From NCBI RefSeq assembly GCF_009914755.1, contig NC_060929.1: DNA of 64,000 bases. One strand, 5' to 3'. The notes beneath the pieces are model-generated. The model had not been told where the DNA came from. It ran no database searches and worked only from the letters and a program-made list of their open reading frames with translations. This stretch comes from the human T2T-CHM13v2.0 reference genome, Homo sapiens. This document shows, piece by piece, positions 1 through 25,893 of the stretch (within the stretch, counting starts at the first letter, position 1; the number at the start of each line of letters is the position of its first letter). The position numbers and the translations under genes were made by a program.

Positions 1-4
1 CAAC

Positions 5-130
5 CCAATGAGGAAGGTACTAATATTACTCCCATTTCACAGAGGAGCGAGTTGAAAGTCACAAAAATGAAACAGCAAACGCGCCGAAGTCAGGCAGCAA
101 GTAAGTGGCAGCACCAGAACTCGAAACTGC
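5..130. repeat. MIR-like SINE fragment
   Basis: tattactcccatttcacagaggag...aagtcaca...gtaagtggcagcaccagaactcgaaac resembles the MIR core. Confidence 0.5.
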
Positions 131-2030
131 CTCGGAGCATGCACTCTTCACCACCCCGTTCCACCTTGAGGTCGGATTCCGCACGCCGTTCGCGGCATTC
201 CCACCTTCCTACGTGGGACAGTTCCCGGTACTGAGGCATGGCGCTGTCCAGCCCTCAGGCCCGCAGCCGTCCGCAAGCAGGAGAACGCGGCCCCGCTGGG
301 CGATCCTGCCCGAAGGCGCCCGAACTGCGGCGCGCGGCCGGGTCCTGGCGGGCGGGTCGAGTCTCCCCAAGGCGGCCATCCCAAGCAGCTCCCCGGATGT
401 CCCTCAGACCCGCGCGCTAGGCTCAACTCAGAAAGGCGGGAGGCGCGAAGCGAGATCGGCCTTGCCCCTCGACTGTCCCCTCATCGCTCCCCGTCCTCTA
501 TTCCCTCCCAAATAGCCCCCGGCAAATAGGTTACACATCTTCACCTGTCCCAGAGGTGGTGACTGCTCTAGTGACTGACGCTACGCTCCTCCAACCAGGC
601 AATGGCAGGAAGGTGGAGCCTTCCTAAGACTGATGGCTTCCTTTCTCCAATCCCGGTGCAGCTATTCTCCGGCCATAGTCTCGGCGCCCAGCGGAGAGCG
701 ACAGGTGGGAGCTGCGTTACTTCGGCGCCTCTTGCATCCTTGACGTAGAAGTTTCACCAAGCGCAGGGTGAAGTCTACTCCAAATTTGACCAATTCTTGC
801 GGGTCATCACTTCAGCAGTCATTTTATTCAGAAGTGGAAATTTCCCGGCCCTTTCCCGTCACCTCAGATGAGGGCGGGATCAATGGTACTCCCACAGGCC
901 AATTGTACCACGCGACGTCCCGCGACAAAGTGACCGACACTTTCTGGCGCCAATGAATTCTCCCATTGTTCGGGGTCACTATGACTGACCACAAGGCCAA
1001 CTAATCCACTTTAAGGTCGTGACGCGATAGTCAGGCGGGTTGGCCAATAGACATAGGAAAAGAGCGGAAGTCAGCTGGTGAAGAGTGGGAGGCGGGTGTT
1101 CGCAACCGCCTAGGCCTGCGCGGGTCAACGCAGCTTGGCGGCTGCGAGCCAGCGAGCGGCGCGTGACGAAGAGCCTGAGCGACGGGTCACTTTGGCCAAT
1201 GATCTGCAGCCGCCAGGGTATTGCAGCCAGTGGCGAGTCGAGGGGGCGGGAGGCAGCAGGTTAGGCAGTGAGAAGTTAGTGGCGCTGCTGGGACGGGGGA
1301 AAGGAGACGCTTCTTCCTCTTGCTGCTCTTCTCGTTCCCGAGATCAGCGGCGGCGGTGACCGCGAGTGGGTCGGCACCGTCTCCGGCTCCGGGTGCGAAC
1401 AATGCTGACTGATAGCGGAGGCGGCGGCACCTCCTTTGAGGAGGACCTGGACTCTGTGGCTCCGCGATCCGCCCCAGCTGGGGCCTCGGAGCCGCCTCCG
1501 CCGGGAGGGGTCGGTCTGGGGATCCGCACCGTGAGGCTCTTTGGGGAGGCCGGGCCAGCGTCGGGAGTCGGCAGCAGCGGCGGCGGCGGCAGCGGCAGCG
1601 GTACGGGCGGAGGGGACGCGGCGCTGGATTTCAAGTTGGCGGCTGCCGTGCTGAGGACCGGGGGTGGAGGTGGTGCCTCTGGCAGTGACGAGGACGAAGT
1701 GTCCGAGGTAAGGCTCCGGGACCCTCGCCTCCCACACATTGTGAGGCGTGAATTCTCTTTGGGTAGGCTCTGGGCCGGGGCCATCCTCCCGCTTCCCTGG
1801 TGGAGCCCTTCTGTGACAGCGGTCGGCTCCATGGCGGCGGTGGCCGCGGTGAGGGCCTAGTGAGCCCTCGGCTTACTCTTTAGCTCGAGCGGGACAGGTT
1901 CCCGTCACCATTCGTAGACCCACAATAGGGAGTCCTTTGGTCTCTGAGCTTCGCGCGGGAACAGGGACTCCTCAGGCTGCCTCCCGCCCACCCTGCTTTG
2001 GAGTTGGGGGTGGGGGGCGGGGTCTTGCCA
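100..2030. promoter_or_regulatory. CpG island / TATA-less promoter of ANKHD1, probably bidirectional
   Basis: Very GC- and CpG-rich from ~100 to ~2030, spanning exon 1. CCAAT boxes at 647, 790, 899, 950, 1044 and 1196; ETS/GABP-like CGGAAGT at ~1066; NF-kB-like GGAAATTTCCC at 836-846; GC boxes (GGCGGG). Confidence 0.85.
1402..1707 (+). CDS. ANKHD1: ANKHD1 coding exon 1 (MLTDSGGGGTSFEEDLDSVAPRSAP...GSDEDEVSE, 102 codons)
   Basis: ATG at 1402 (aacaATG, A at -3); recognised ANKHD1 N-terminus; donor GAG|GTAAGG at 1707/1708; phase 0. Confidence 0.96.
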
Positions 2031-2342
2031 GAGTCCCTGCCCTTGGTACTGAGAGAGACAAACAGAGACAGAGACAGAGCTGGTGCAAAGATCGTTTCTC
2101 TTCTTTGCCTCTCCTCAGAGTTGAGGGATACGTTTATTTGCCTTCTGCCTTGTGTGTGTCTTACCTGTGTGCTTAAGGACGGTTCTTATTCTCCCTCTTC
2201 AGTTTGAGACAGGTTTGAGTATTAGGGATCTCTCGGCTTTTACCCTGAAAAATCACGTGACTCCTCCTTCTGGGACCTTTTGTGAAGTTAGACAGGAAAA
2301 GGAAGTTCCAGGGCATCCCTGAGCTTCGGAATAGCTGGGTAG

Positions 2343-8320
<5,978 letters not shown>

Positions 8321-8340
8321 GTATGATCTATAATCTAGAG

Positions 8341-8534
8341 CAGTTTCTCAAGAGCAACATATAGACATTTTGGGACAGAGAATTCTTTGTTGTGAGGGGC
8401 TCTCCTGTGCATTAGAAGCATCCCTGGCCTCTACCCACTAGATGCCAGTAGAACCCGATTATGATAGCCAAAAATTGTTCAGACGTTGCCAAATGTCTCC
8501 TAGGGACAAAATCACTCCTGGTTGAGAGCTACCG
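8341..8534. mobile_element. MER20-like hAT-Charlie DNA transposon
   Basis: TIR-like ends cagtttctcaa / ttgagagctaccg; internal agcatccctggcctctacccactagatgccagtag; 8-bp TSD atctagag / gtctagag. Confidence 0.8.
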
Positions 8535-8972
8535 GTCTAGAGGCCACTCTTGTCAGGAATGGTAGTTTTGTTATACTCTGTATTCAAACTTAAGGTAAAC
8601 AAGGTGAGTCACTGCTTTTAATAGCATTTCAGGACTTATGCTTATAACCTGAACAAGGGAGAAATAGAAGGTACTGAAAGGTTTAATATAAAACTAGCAT
8701 GCACTGCTGTAAATTTTCTATGGTAAATGTATCATTTTGGGGAACTTTCACTTAAAATATATTATTTTTCAAAAAGTTCAGTTGTCCATGAAAATGAATT
8801 TTTAAAAAACTTTTATGGGGACTTCCAGTTTGTTCAAAGTAGAAATGCTTTATTCCATAAATTATCATTTGTAGTGATAACATAGGAAATATAACTTTGT
8901 ATTCTAGTGGGCTAATTTTGGAGACTTTGGAAATGCTTATTGAATAAAAAGAATTATATGTTATTACTGTAA

Positions 8973-9276
<304 letters not shown>

Positions 9277-10179
9277 ACAATTTTTTGTATGTTGCACAAA
9301 TATCAACCTTTCACAAGCTTCATGATGTAAAGCCTTAAGACTTTACATATAAAATGATGCATTGATAAGTATATTTATGTGAATGGTGGGGTTGATGCAG
9401 AGTTGATTAGTATGGGTGGAGGAAAACTTTTTGGGAAACTTTAAGTATGAGAGGTTTTTGTTGTTATTAGTATATTTTCAATAGATAATTACATTCATAT
9501 AGTTCATAAGTCAAAGTAATATAAGGGCAGATACAGTGAAGTCTCAATCTCACCCTGCTCCCACATATCTTGCTCTTTATACTTTTAATAAAAGTATTAT
9601 ATAGCCTTTCAGAATTTCTTTATGAAAATACAACTATGTGTATTTTCCCTACTGTTACACAGATGGTAAGATGCTATTTATGTGAAATTTTTAAATGGTA
9701 AATTTGAGAAGGATTTAGACTTTTTTAAAAAATTAAAGTGATAAATTATGTTATGAATGAAGGATGGAGGTGAGTTTAAGCACATTCCTTTCTGAGTCTA
9801 TTTGTTAGTAGAGTGCTGATTGACTAGATGAATTCAAAATCAGTTCTGGCCTTCTGATTCAGTGATCACTAATATAAATAAAATATGTTACTTTAAAGAA
9901 AAGCAAAACAGTTTTAAACAGTTTTAGCCTTGAATTGGCAAGTAAACAAAATAAATGACAAGTTTACCAAATTTTTTTTTTTGGCCAAATTTACTTTCTC
10001 AGAACTAAAGTTGTAATAAATAAAATCAATTCTTTTTTTAAACCCACTATAAAGGAACTGTTTCAATGTATCTGTCTTCACAGACCTTATTGATCACATT
10101 TCCCTCTCCTATTGCTTGTCTATAGAGTCATAGAATCTTGGTGATAATCCTATCTCATCTCATTTTTAGGTAACTGCTA

Positions 10180-10420
10180 CCATTTATTGAATGCTTATTA
10201 TATGCCAGTACCGTACTAGATACTTTCGTTATTTTATTTAATCGTTTCATCACCCCTTTGAGGTAGGTATTATCTACATTTTTATAGATGAATAAGTGTA
10301 GGCTCAGAGAGTTTTTAGAGTAATGAATCTAAAAAACAAAAAAATGGTTAAAATGTTATATGGCTAGTGACTGGTAAAGGTGGGATTTGAATGTGATACT
10401 GAATTTAGAGCCCATACTGT
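10180..10420. repeat. MIR-like SINE
   Basis: taccatttattgaatgcttattatatgccag...tgaggtaggtattatctacatttttatagatgaataagtgtaggctcagaga...gggatttgaa. Confidence 0.65.
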
Positions 10421-10904
10421 TATTTTGCTTCAAATTAAGAAATATGTAGTTTTTGGTTACCAAATGCTGTTTTTTAAATAAATCATTGTTTAGTTCCTAT
10501 TGAAGTTTTCACAGATGTAAAGTAAAATGGAGAAAATAAGCAGGATGTAGTGAATTTCTAATGAAGCTATTTTTTCCCACTTTTTTCTATTTTGACAAAT
10601 ACTCTTCCTACTTTTACAAAATGAATTTTTAAAACTATCTGTACTTAACAGAATATCAACTGGAAACTTCATTTGGGACCCTGGATAAAAGCCTCAGAAG
10701 TCTGGGAACTGTTGAGCTAAATGACTTGCCCAGATCACACAGTTAATATGTAGCAGTCAAGACTGAAAAATAGGCCATCTGATTCCCATTCTAGTTATCC
10801 TACCTTCCAGATTCTCCTAACTTTCTTTTGATGCATTATATTAATGAGTTTAATTAGTTGCTTATAAATGCCTCTTTCAAACTATTATAGTTTATAATCC
10901 ATAG

Positions 10905-11901
<997 letters not shown>

Positions 11902-12918
11902 TAATGAAATTACTGTCATGTAGATCAGCATAAGAGAGTGTACCACTAGAGTATAGGGGGAGCACTATTCTAAAGAAATTTTGTAATGAACTTAATTGGA
12001 AAGTTCAGGTCTTTCATTATTCATTTAAAAAGGATTAAGAAATAATTAAAACCATTGAAATAGAAAGGCATATGCCCAACTTTGCAGCTTTGCCAATATG
12101 GGAAATATTTGTTTTACAATATTGTTATATTCCAATTATTTTGTAAAAATTGTAATCTGCTTTTCTATTGATAGTTACAGACAGTGCATGGTTCCTGTGA
12201 GTAAAGATCAATTGACTTATGATGATTGACTAGTTTACCTTTCTTCCTGCCAAGTTTACCTAAACCAGGAAGAAAGTAAGGTTGTATATAAAAAAATTTG
12301 TTGGACTGAAATTTAGCAACTATTTGTGGAAGAGCACATTTTGCTCTTCCTCTGCTACATAGACTTCTGTTCTCACAAAGTTTTCCACTTACTGAATAGA
12401 TACTGTTTTCAGTAGTAGAAAGGATGTTTTTTTAAAAAATGTAGATATCCCACTGTATGCTAGTGATTGATTCATCTGTATTAGTATGCAATTTTGAAAA
12501 GAGAAAGGCAAGTATATCCCTAGAGGTTACCCCTAAGAACCAACTAAGAACCAAAGAGTTAAACAAGAAAACAGTTTATTAAGTTGCCAAGGTAAGTTTG
12601 ATGTGTTTAAAAATTTACAATGAGGACAATTAGATTGAGAACGAGTTTGTTTTTTAGATTTTGGTAAAATATTCATAACATAAAATCTATCATTTTAACC
12701 ATTTTTTTGTTTTTGTTTTAAAATTGTGGTAGAATATGTATATATAACATAAACTTTACCATTTTAATCACATTTATACTTTAACCACTGTACATGTATG
12801 TTAAATGTACAGTTCAGTGGCATTAAGTGTATTTACATTGTTGTGCACCCTTCACCATCAACCATCTCCAGAACTTTCTCATCTTCCAAACTGAAATTCT
12901 GTACTTGTTAAACAATAA

Positions 12919-13464
<546 letters not shown>

Positions 13465-14531
13465 TAAAGTGCTGGGATTACAGGTGTGAGCCACTGTGCC
13501 CGGTCTATCTGTTCATCTGTTGATGGACACTTGGATTGCTTCCACCATTGGGCTATTATGAATAATGCTGTTATGAACATAGATATGCAAATATCTCTTT
13601 GAGGCCTGCATTCAATTATTTTAGGTATATACCCAGAAATGGAATTGCTGGATCATATGGTAATTCTATTTTTAATTTTTTGAGGAACTGCAATACTGTG
13701 TTCTATATCAGCTATATCATTTGACATTCCTAACAGCAAAGCACAAGGAAGGGTTCTAATTTCTCCATATTCTAGCCAACAGTTATTTATGTTTGTTTTT
13801 TGATAATAGCAATTCTAATGGGTATGAAGTGGTATTTCATTGGGGTTTTGATTTGTTATTTCCCTAATGATTAGTAGTGTTAAGCATCTTTTCATATGCT
13901 TATTGGCCATTTCTGTATCTTTGGTGAAATGTCTATTCAAATCCATTGTACATTTAAAAAGAAATTGTATTGCCGATTAGGCACAGTGGCTCACGCCTGT
14001 AATCCCAGCACTTTGGGAGGCTGAGGCAGAAAGATCATCTGAGCCCAGGAGTTCAGAACCAGCCTGGGCAATATAGGGAACCCTGTCTCTACAAAAAGTA
14101 AAAAAAAATTAGCCAGGCATGGTGGCACATGCCTGTAGTCCCAGCTACTCAAGAGGCTGAGGTGGGAGGATTGCTTGGGCCTGTGTGGTCGAGGCTGCAA
14201 TAAGCTGTGACTGCCACTGTCACTGCACTCCAGCCTGGGTGACAAGAGTGAGACCCTGTCTCAAAAAAAAAAAAAAAATTGTGTTGTTTGTTTTTTATTG
14301 TTTAGTTGTAGGAATTCTTTATATATTCTGGATATTAATCCCTTATCAGATACATAATTAACAAATATTTGCCTTCATTCTGTAGCTTGTCATTTCATTC
14401 TGTTGCTGTAGTGTCCTTTCATGAACAAAAAGTTTCTAATTTTGATGAACCTAATTTATCTGTTTTTTTATTTTGTCGTATGCTTATGATGTCATGAAAT
14501 TATTGCCATCTCCAGTGTCATGAAGATTTTC

Positions 14532-15163
<632 letters not shown>

Positions 15164-15191
15164 GCCTTTGATACATTTTGAGTTAATTTTT

Positions 15192-15787
15192 TAAAATTTA
15201 TTTTTATTTATTTATTTATTTATTTTATTATACTTTAAGTTCTAGGGTACATGTGCACAACCTGCAGGTTTGTTACATATGTACACATGTGCCATGTTGG
15301 TGTGCTGTACCCATTAACTTGTCATGTACATTAGGTATATTTCCTAATGCTATCCCTTCCCCCTCCCCTGACCCCACGACAGGCCCCGGTGTGTGATGTT
15401 CCCCACCCTGTGTCCAAGTGTTCTCATTGTTCAATTCCCACCTATGAGTGAGAACGTGCAGTGTCTGGTTTTCTGTCCTTGCAATAGTTTGCTCAGAATG
15501 ATGGTTTCCAGCTTCATCCATGTCCCTACAAAGGATACAAACTCATCCTTTCTTATGGCTGCATAGTATTCCATGGTGTGCATGTGGTACATTTTCTTAA
15601 TCCAGTCTATCATTGATGGATGTTTGGGTTGGTTCCAAGTCTTTGCTATTGTGAATAGTGCCGCAGTAAACGTACGTGTGCGTGTGTCTTTATAGCAGCA
15701 TGATTTATAATCCTTTGGGTATATACCCAGTAATGGGATGGCTGGGTCAAATGGTATTTCTAGTTCTAGATCCTTGAGGAATCGCCA
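15192..15787 (-). mobile_element. 5'-truncated L1PA5-like 3' end inserted into an older L1
   Basis: L1 3'UTR plus ORF2 C-terminus (WRFLKDLELEIPFDPAIPLLG...); TSD agttaattttt at 15181-15191 and 15788-15798. Confidence 0.9.
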
Positions 15788-16889
15788 AGTTAATTTTTGT
15801 ATATGGTATAAGGTAAGGTCCAATTTCATGCTTTTGCTTGTGGATATCCAGTTTTTTAGCACCATTTGTTAAAGACCATTATTTTCCCATTGAATGGCCT
15901 TGGCATCCTTGTCAAAAATCAATTGACCATATATAAGTGGGTTTACTTTCTTGACTCTCTGATCTATTCCATTGGTCTATATGTCTGTCTCTTTGCCACC
16001 ATCCTCTTTTGATTACTGTAGCTTTATAGTAAGTTGAAATTAGGAAGCATTAGTCTTTCAAATTTGTTCTTTTTTTTAATTTTAATTTTTTATAGAGATG
16101 AGGTCTTACTATGTTGTCCAGGCTGGTCTCAAACTCCTGGCCTCAAGTGATCCTCCCACCTTGGCCTCCTAAAATGCTGGGATTACAAGTGTGAGGCACC
16201 ATGCCTAACCTGTTCTTCTTTTTTAAGATTATTTTGACTATTCTGGGTCTTTTGAGATCCCATATTAATTTTAGGATGGGTTTTTTTTTTTTTAATTTCT
16301 GCAAAAAGTGCCATTGAGATTCAATAGGGATTGTATTGAATCTATAGATTGTTTTGGATGAGAAAAACTTTTAATACAAATTTTATGTAATTGTTTTATT
16401 ATAATAATTATTAGCAAATCAAAGGACTTGATCTGGACAAAATATTAAAAAGCATCTATGATGGAGAGGCTGCCAGACTCAGTCAACTGATGTTCTCCCT
16501 GAAGCCATTGAACCCAAAATAACATGGGATGTTTACTTTGAGTATATGTTTTTGAAATATAATCCTTATTTTTTCCTGATTTATCCTCATATTGACTAAT
16601 TTGTGAGTGATCAGGATATGTCGTATATTGATTAAATGCTAGAAAGAATATTCTTTATCCTTTATATGATTAGATATGAGCTCAGTCTTGGAAAAATTAT
16701 CTCAATATGGTATTAAACTTAGATAAATGAACCTGTAGTTATCATTATGACAAAGGAGCAAATCCCAAAAGGGACAGTAGTGGATACATTCTCTTTTTTT
16801 TTGGTTATTATTTATGTATTTATTTATTTAATTAAACATTTTTTTAATTAAAAAATTTTTTAATTTAAAATTTTTAATTTAATTAATAA

Positions 16890-20220
<3,331 letters not shown>

Positions 20221-20667
20221 TTATATTCTTGTTCTCTTGATGTGGTCTTTAGGAGAGGTATAGTAGGAGGTGTTTAATATGATGCAGAATTTGTGGTAAT
20301 AGACAAATGATTCAACCCCCTCCTTCCCACTTCCATAACATTCTAGCTCTTGAAATTTCTGTACCTTTCTATATGCTGTAGGTGGGGAGAAATTCATGTA
20401 ATTTAAACCATGTAATTTAAATTTGCCAGACTGCTAGGAGAACAAGTTGTAGTATCAATGTTTGTTTTCCTTTTTTTAACCCGTTTACCCTGTGCATCCC
20501 CTCTCTCACAAAGCCTGAGTATATGTTTTAGAAGAGATAAGACCGAAGAGGAAGGAGATGGTTGGTTTGGGTAGTTGTCTTCTGAGTGGACTAGTCTCCA
20601 AGAAGAATATGGACAGAATTTCTTTTTCCAGGGCAACAAACAAATGGATAATTGGAATAAACTATAA

Positions 20668-20817
<150 letters not shown>

Positions 20818-20820
20818 TGA

Positions 20821-21009
<189 letters not shown>

Positions 21010-21530
21010 TAACACCTGCTTAAGGAGGTGTAAATTCAATGTTTAAGTAACATACAGTTTGACTTCCAAGCCAGTATTGTCACAGTCTTATCACTTGCTC
21101 TAATGCTTCTAGTTTTGTTAGGTTACTAATTATTTCAGCTCAGTGAACAATAAGAGTCTGTACTATATTTTGGTACCTGTCTTACTTGGGACTTGACTGA
21201 TAGGTTAGCAATGAAAAGTTTATTTTCTTTTAGTTTGAAGAGACCATTATTTGAGGCTATACTTAAAATCATGGATTTGACCTATTACCAACCCCTCAAC
21301 AGAATTTAGAATTATATGATGATATAGTATCACGAGTACTATTGTATATATCTCCTTGTTGCTGATCTGTTGAAATTATTCACTCATTCTCTACAGAAGA
21401 AAATCTTGGTTAATTTGGGGTAGGACTTCTTCATGAACTCACATTTTGCATAACAGAATTATGTCCTTTAAAGGTTAGAGTCCTTGGTAGTTTAAGAATT
21501 CTGATTGGTATTTTAGAGTGGATTGATTGA

Positions 21531-21899
<369 letters not shown>

Positions 21900-22096
21900 T
21901 GAAAAAATATGTTCCCTGTCCTTAAAGACATCAGTCTTCCAGCACTTTGGGGGGCTGAGGCACTTTATGTTCTGGGCAGATCGTGAGGTCAGGAGTTCGA
22001 GACCAGCCTGATCAACATGGTGAAACCCCGTCTCTACTAAAAATACAAAAAATTTAGCAGGGTGTAGTGGTACGCACCTGTAATCCCAGATACTCA

Positions 22097-22219
<123 letters not shown>

Positions 22220-23154
22220 TCAGTCTTTTCAGGAATATTAATATTCCTGGTAATGAAAAAAGAAGGTAAATTATTGTTTATTTTTTGAGACAGGGTCTTG
22301 CTCTTTCGCCCAGGCTGGAGTGCAGTGGTGCGATCATGGCTCACTGCAAACTCTACCTCCTGGGTTCAAGCAATCCTCCCACCTCAAACCTCCCCTTCCA
22401 CACCCCACCCCTGCAGCTGGGACTACAGGCATCCGCAGCCACACTCCACACTCAGCTAATTTTAAAATATTTTTTGGTGGAGGTGAGGTCTCAATACCTA
22501 GGGTAGTTTGGAAGTTCTGGCCTTAAGTGATCGTCCTGCCTTGGCCTTCCAAACTGCTGGGATTACAGGCATGAGCCACCATGCCCAGCCTATTTATTCA
22601 AATTATATTTGTCATTCTAAACTCTTTTTAGATATTAATAAATTGTATTTGAGTGTTCTAGGCATTGTGCACTTTAATTGCATCACCTCATTTAATTTTC
22701 TCATGGTTCTGTGACAGTCCAAGATACCAAATTCAATGTGTGGATCATTGCCCTGTGTTAGTTGGATGATCACTCTAAAGATTGATATTTGAGTGTCTTG
22801 CTTCAGGAGATTGATGGGCTCTAAGTGGCAGGTTTAAAGGGGCAGTAATTTAAAATGGAAGGATGCATAGTCCATCAGCATAAGATTGTCTTGTGCTTAT
22901 TTTTGAGCAAAACCACAACTGCTCCTTATTATGTTCTGTAAACTCGCCAAGCCTGTGATGCTTCAGGGCCTTTGGCACTTCTGGTTCCCTCTGTCAGGTA
23001 CATTCTCTTAGATATCCATGTGGCTTCCCTTTCACTTCTATTATGTTTCATTTAAGAGACCTTCCAACTATTAATACCTACTGTATGTATATTGCATAAA
23101 CATCTCAGGCTCATTAATTCTAAAACTGAACTCATACTTTCCCCTTGCACTCCA

Positions 23155-23360
23155 CTATGATGAATGTGTCCCCCAAAGTTCATGTGTTAGAAACTTGGTT
23201 CCTAGTTCAACAGTGTTAGGAGGTTGGGCCTAATAAGAGGTAACTGAGTCATTAGGACTTCTCACAGGAGCTGGTTAACTATCCTGAGTCGCTTTATTGT
23301 AAAGCACATTTGGCCCCCTCTTCCATTAGCTCTCTCTCCCATGCTGTCTTGTCATTCTGT
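23155..23360 (+). mobile_element. MaLR LTR fragment (MST/MLT1A-like) nested in L2 remnants
   Basis: tgaatgtgtcccccaaagttcatgtgttagaaactt...caacagtgttaggaggttgggcctaataagagg. Confidence 0.65.
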
Positions 23361-23601
23361 CACTCTTTTGGCCAAAATCCTTCCCATTTCGTAGATAAAG
23401 GATCCAAATTCCTTGGTATGGCAGACATAGTTATTTAGGATTTGGCGTTGTCTATCTTTCCAACTATATCCTTATGCTCTATTTGCTTTTTATATTCTAG
23501 CCATACTAAATTGCTGTAGTTCTTAGAACATATCAAGCTCTTATATACCCTGGTATATATACTTCCACTGCTTTGGCATCAAGAATAATAATACTAGCTA
23601 C

Positions 23602-23633
<32 letters not shown>

Positions 23634-23685
23634 CAGAGACAGAGATAGAGATGTATCACACACACATCTATATATACACACACGC
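23602..23685. repeat. Compound (TA)n(GA)n(CA)n microsatellite
   Basis: tatatatatatagagagagagagagag...acacacac. Confidence 0.9.
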
Positions 23686-25893
23686 ACTCATCTAGACAAT
23701 ATCTTGTTCTGTCATCCAGGCTGGAATGCAGTGGCTTGATCATGGTTCACTGTAGCCTTGAACTCCTGGGTTCAAGTCATCTTCCCGCCCCAGCCTCCCA
23801 AGCAGCTCTGACTCCTCCGGTGCATGCTAGTATGTCTGGCTATTTTTAGTTTTTAATTTTATTTTTTGTAGAGATGATATGTTCAAAAACTACAGCAATT
23901 TGGTATGGCTAGAATATAAAAAGCAAATAGAATACAACAAGGATATAGTTGGAAAGATAGTCAAAGCCAAATCCTAAATAACTATATGTGCCATACAAAG
24001 AAATTTGGATCCTTTACCTAAGAAATGGGAGGGATTTTAGCCAAAGGAGTGATATGATTGATCTGGTATTAGAGTTAGTGGGCTTGATAATCTGTTACAT
24101 TTAATTTAAATTCCAAAGTTATTTTCTGACAATATGATTGTTAGGACAGCTGTAGATTTTCTGTTCACTACACTGGTTAGTATTTGTTTTAGTTACACTC
24201 TGTTGTTTAGAAGATTCACTTCATCCACTTTGGTGTAGTGAAAAGGGTGTAAACTTTGTTGTCTGAAACACATAGCTTCAGATCCTCACATGGTTTTGTG
24301 ATCTTGGGCCAGTCACTTAACATTAAGTAGTTAAGATGGTTGAATAAAATAGTATATGGAAAAGGCTGATACATATGAGACATTTTATTAATGGTAGCCT
24401 ATTATGTTTTTAAAGGTACTTAATAGTAGATTTTTAAAAAGATTTTTCCTTCTCCTGTTTTCAGTTAGGGACTTCAAAAGATAATAGATTCTGTGTTAAA
24501 GCTATAGTTTAAAAATGAAGTTTTTGTGTTCGAGCAAAGTGGGGATAATTTTCTTCAGCTTTAACTTAGATTTAGGAAAAGCATGATGGTTCTTTTTTGT
24601 GCTACATGAAGCTAACCAATTTCAGAAAACCCAAGATATGATTTCTGTTTTTTATTACTGTTTTTTATTAAGACAGGGTCTTACACTTTTGCCCAGGCTG
24701 GAGTGCAGTGGTGTGATCATGGCTCATGCAGCCTCTACCTTCTCCAGCTCAAATGATCCTGCCGCCTCAGCCTCCCAAGTAGCTGGGACTATAGGTATGC
24801 ACCACCATGCCCAGCTAATTTTTGTTTTTTGTAGAGACAGGGTTTCACCCTGTTGCCCAGGCTGGTTTCTAACTACTGAGCTCAAGCAATCTGCCCACCT
24901 TAGCCTCGCTAAGTGCTGGGATTACAGGCATGAGCCACTGCCCCAGGCCTCTTTTCTGTTTTTTGAGAAGGGGGGATTGTGAGTCTGAGACTGGGGGGGA
25001 ATAAAGTTTTCATTGTAGAAAGAACCTTGAAAAGCTTTTATGTTAATGAATATAGCCTTTTTATTCCAGTATTTTAAGATGTTTTTGCTGAGTATATTAG
25101 GCCTTTTTGTAACAACAAAACTCACCCCTAAGTTTGTCATTATTTGGTGCTAAATTACAACAGTATTACTTTTTGCCTTTGAGTTGATCTTAGGGCATGA
25201 TTATGGTGGTTGCTACTGCTAGAATTTTGGAGTACTGTGTGTTTTGCAAAAAGGAATTGTTATGTCCTTCAGTAATTACTTCTTGGAACACTGGCCCATC
25301 CTTTTTGCTGTTCTGAGTAGAGATCAACAATAGGCATTCCAAAATGGTGCTGATCCTGACTTAAAGTGGAGGGCTCACGTTGGGTAGGGGAAGGATAAGA
25401 CATGTTGGCCTATTCAAATATACATAAGAAAAAGAGGACTAGCGAGTACATGTTTTAAAAATGTATATTTTGGTTGTTTAAAATACCTTCCCATTTTAAA
25501 TGATCAAATCTGAATTTCTTAAGGGAGCTTCTTTTTTTGGGACAGAGTCTCGCTCTGCCGCCCAGGCTGGAGTACGGTGGCATGATCTTGGCTCACTGCA
25601 ACTTCTGCCTCCTATGCTCAAGCAATTCTCCTGCCTCAGGTCCCCAGTAGCTGGGACTACAGGCACACACCATCACGCCTGGCTAATTTTTGTATTTTTG
25701 GTAGAGACAGGATTTTGCCATGTTGCCCAGGCTGGTCTTGAACTCCTAACCTCAGGTGATCTGCCTGCCTCAGCCTTCCAAAGTGCTGGGGTTACAAGGT
25801 GTGAGCCACTGCGCCCAGCTGGGAGCTTTATTTTTGAAGGTTGGTGAGGAGAGGTAGAATGAGATAAAGGTTTAGTCTTTCCTTGAACTTTTT

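Noticed and set aside
899-912. CCAAT...CCACG resembling an ER stress element
   Set aside because: The spacer is 4 nt; ERSE requires 9.
1366-1401. In-frame upstream GTG giving a 12-aa N-terminal extension
   Set aside because: Poor context (C at -3). The ATG at 1402 has A at -3 and matches the known N-terminus.
52-1832. Several 60-160 aa ORFs on both strands over the CpG island (e.g. 105-515 +, 1344-1832 -)
   Set aside because: Expected in GC-rich, stop-poor sequence. They are low-complexity, lack recognisable homology, or are shadows of exon 1.
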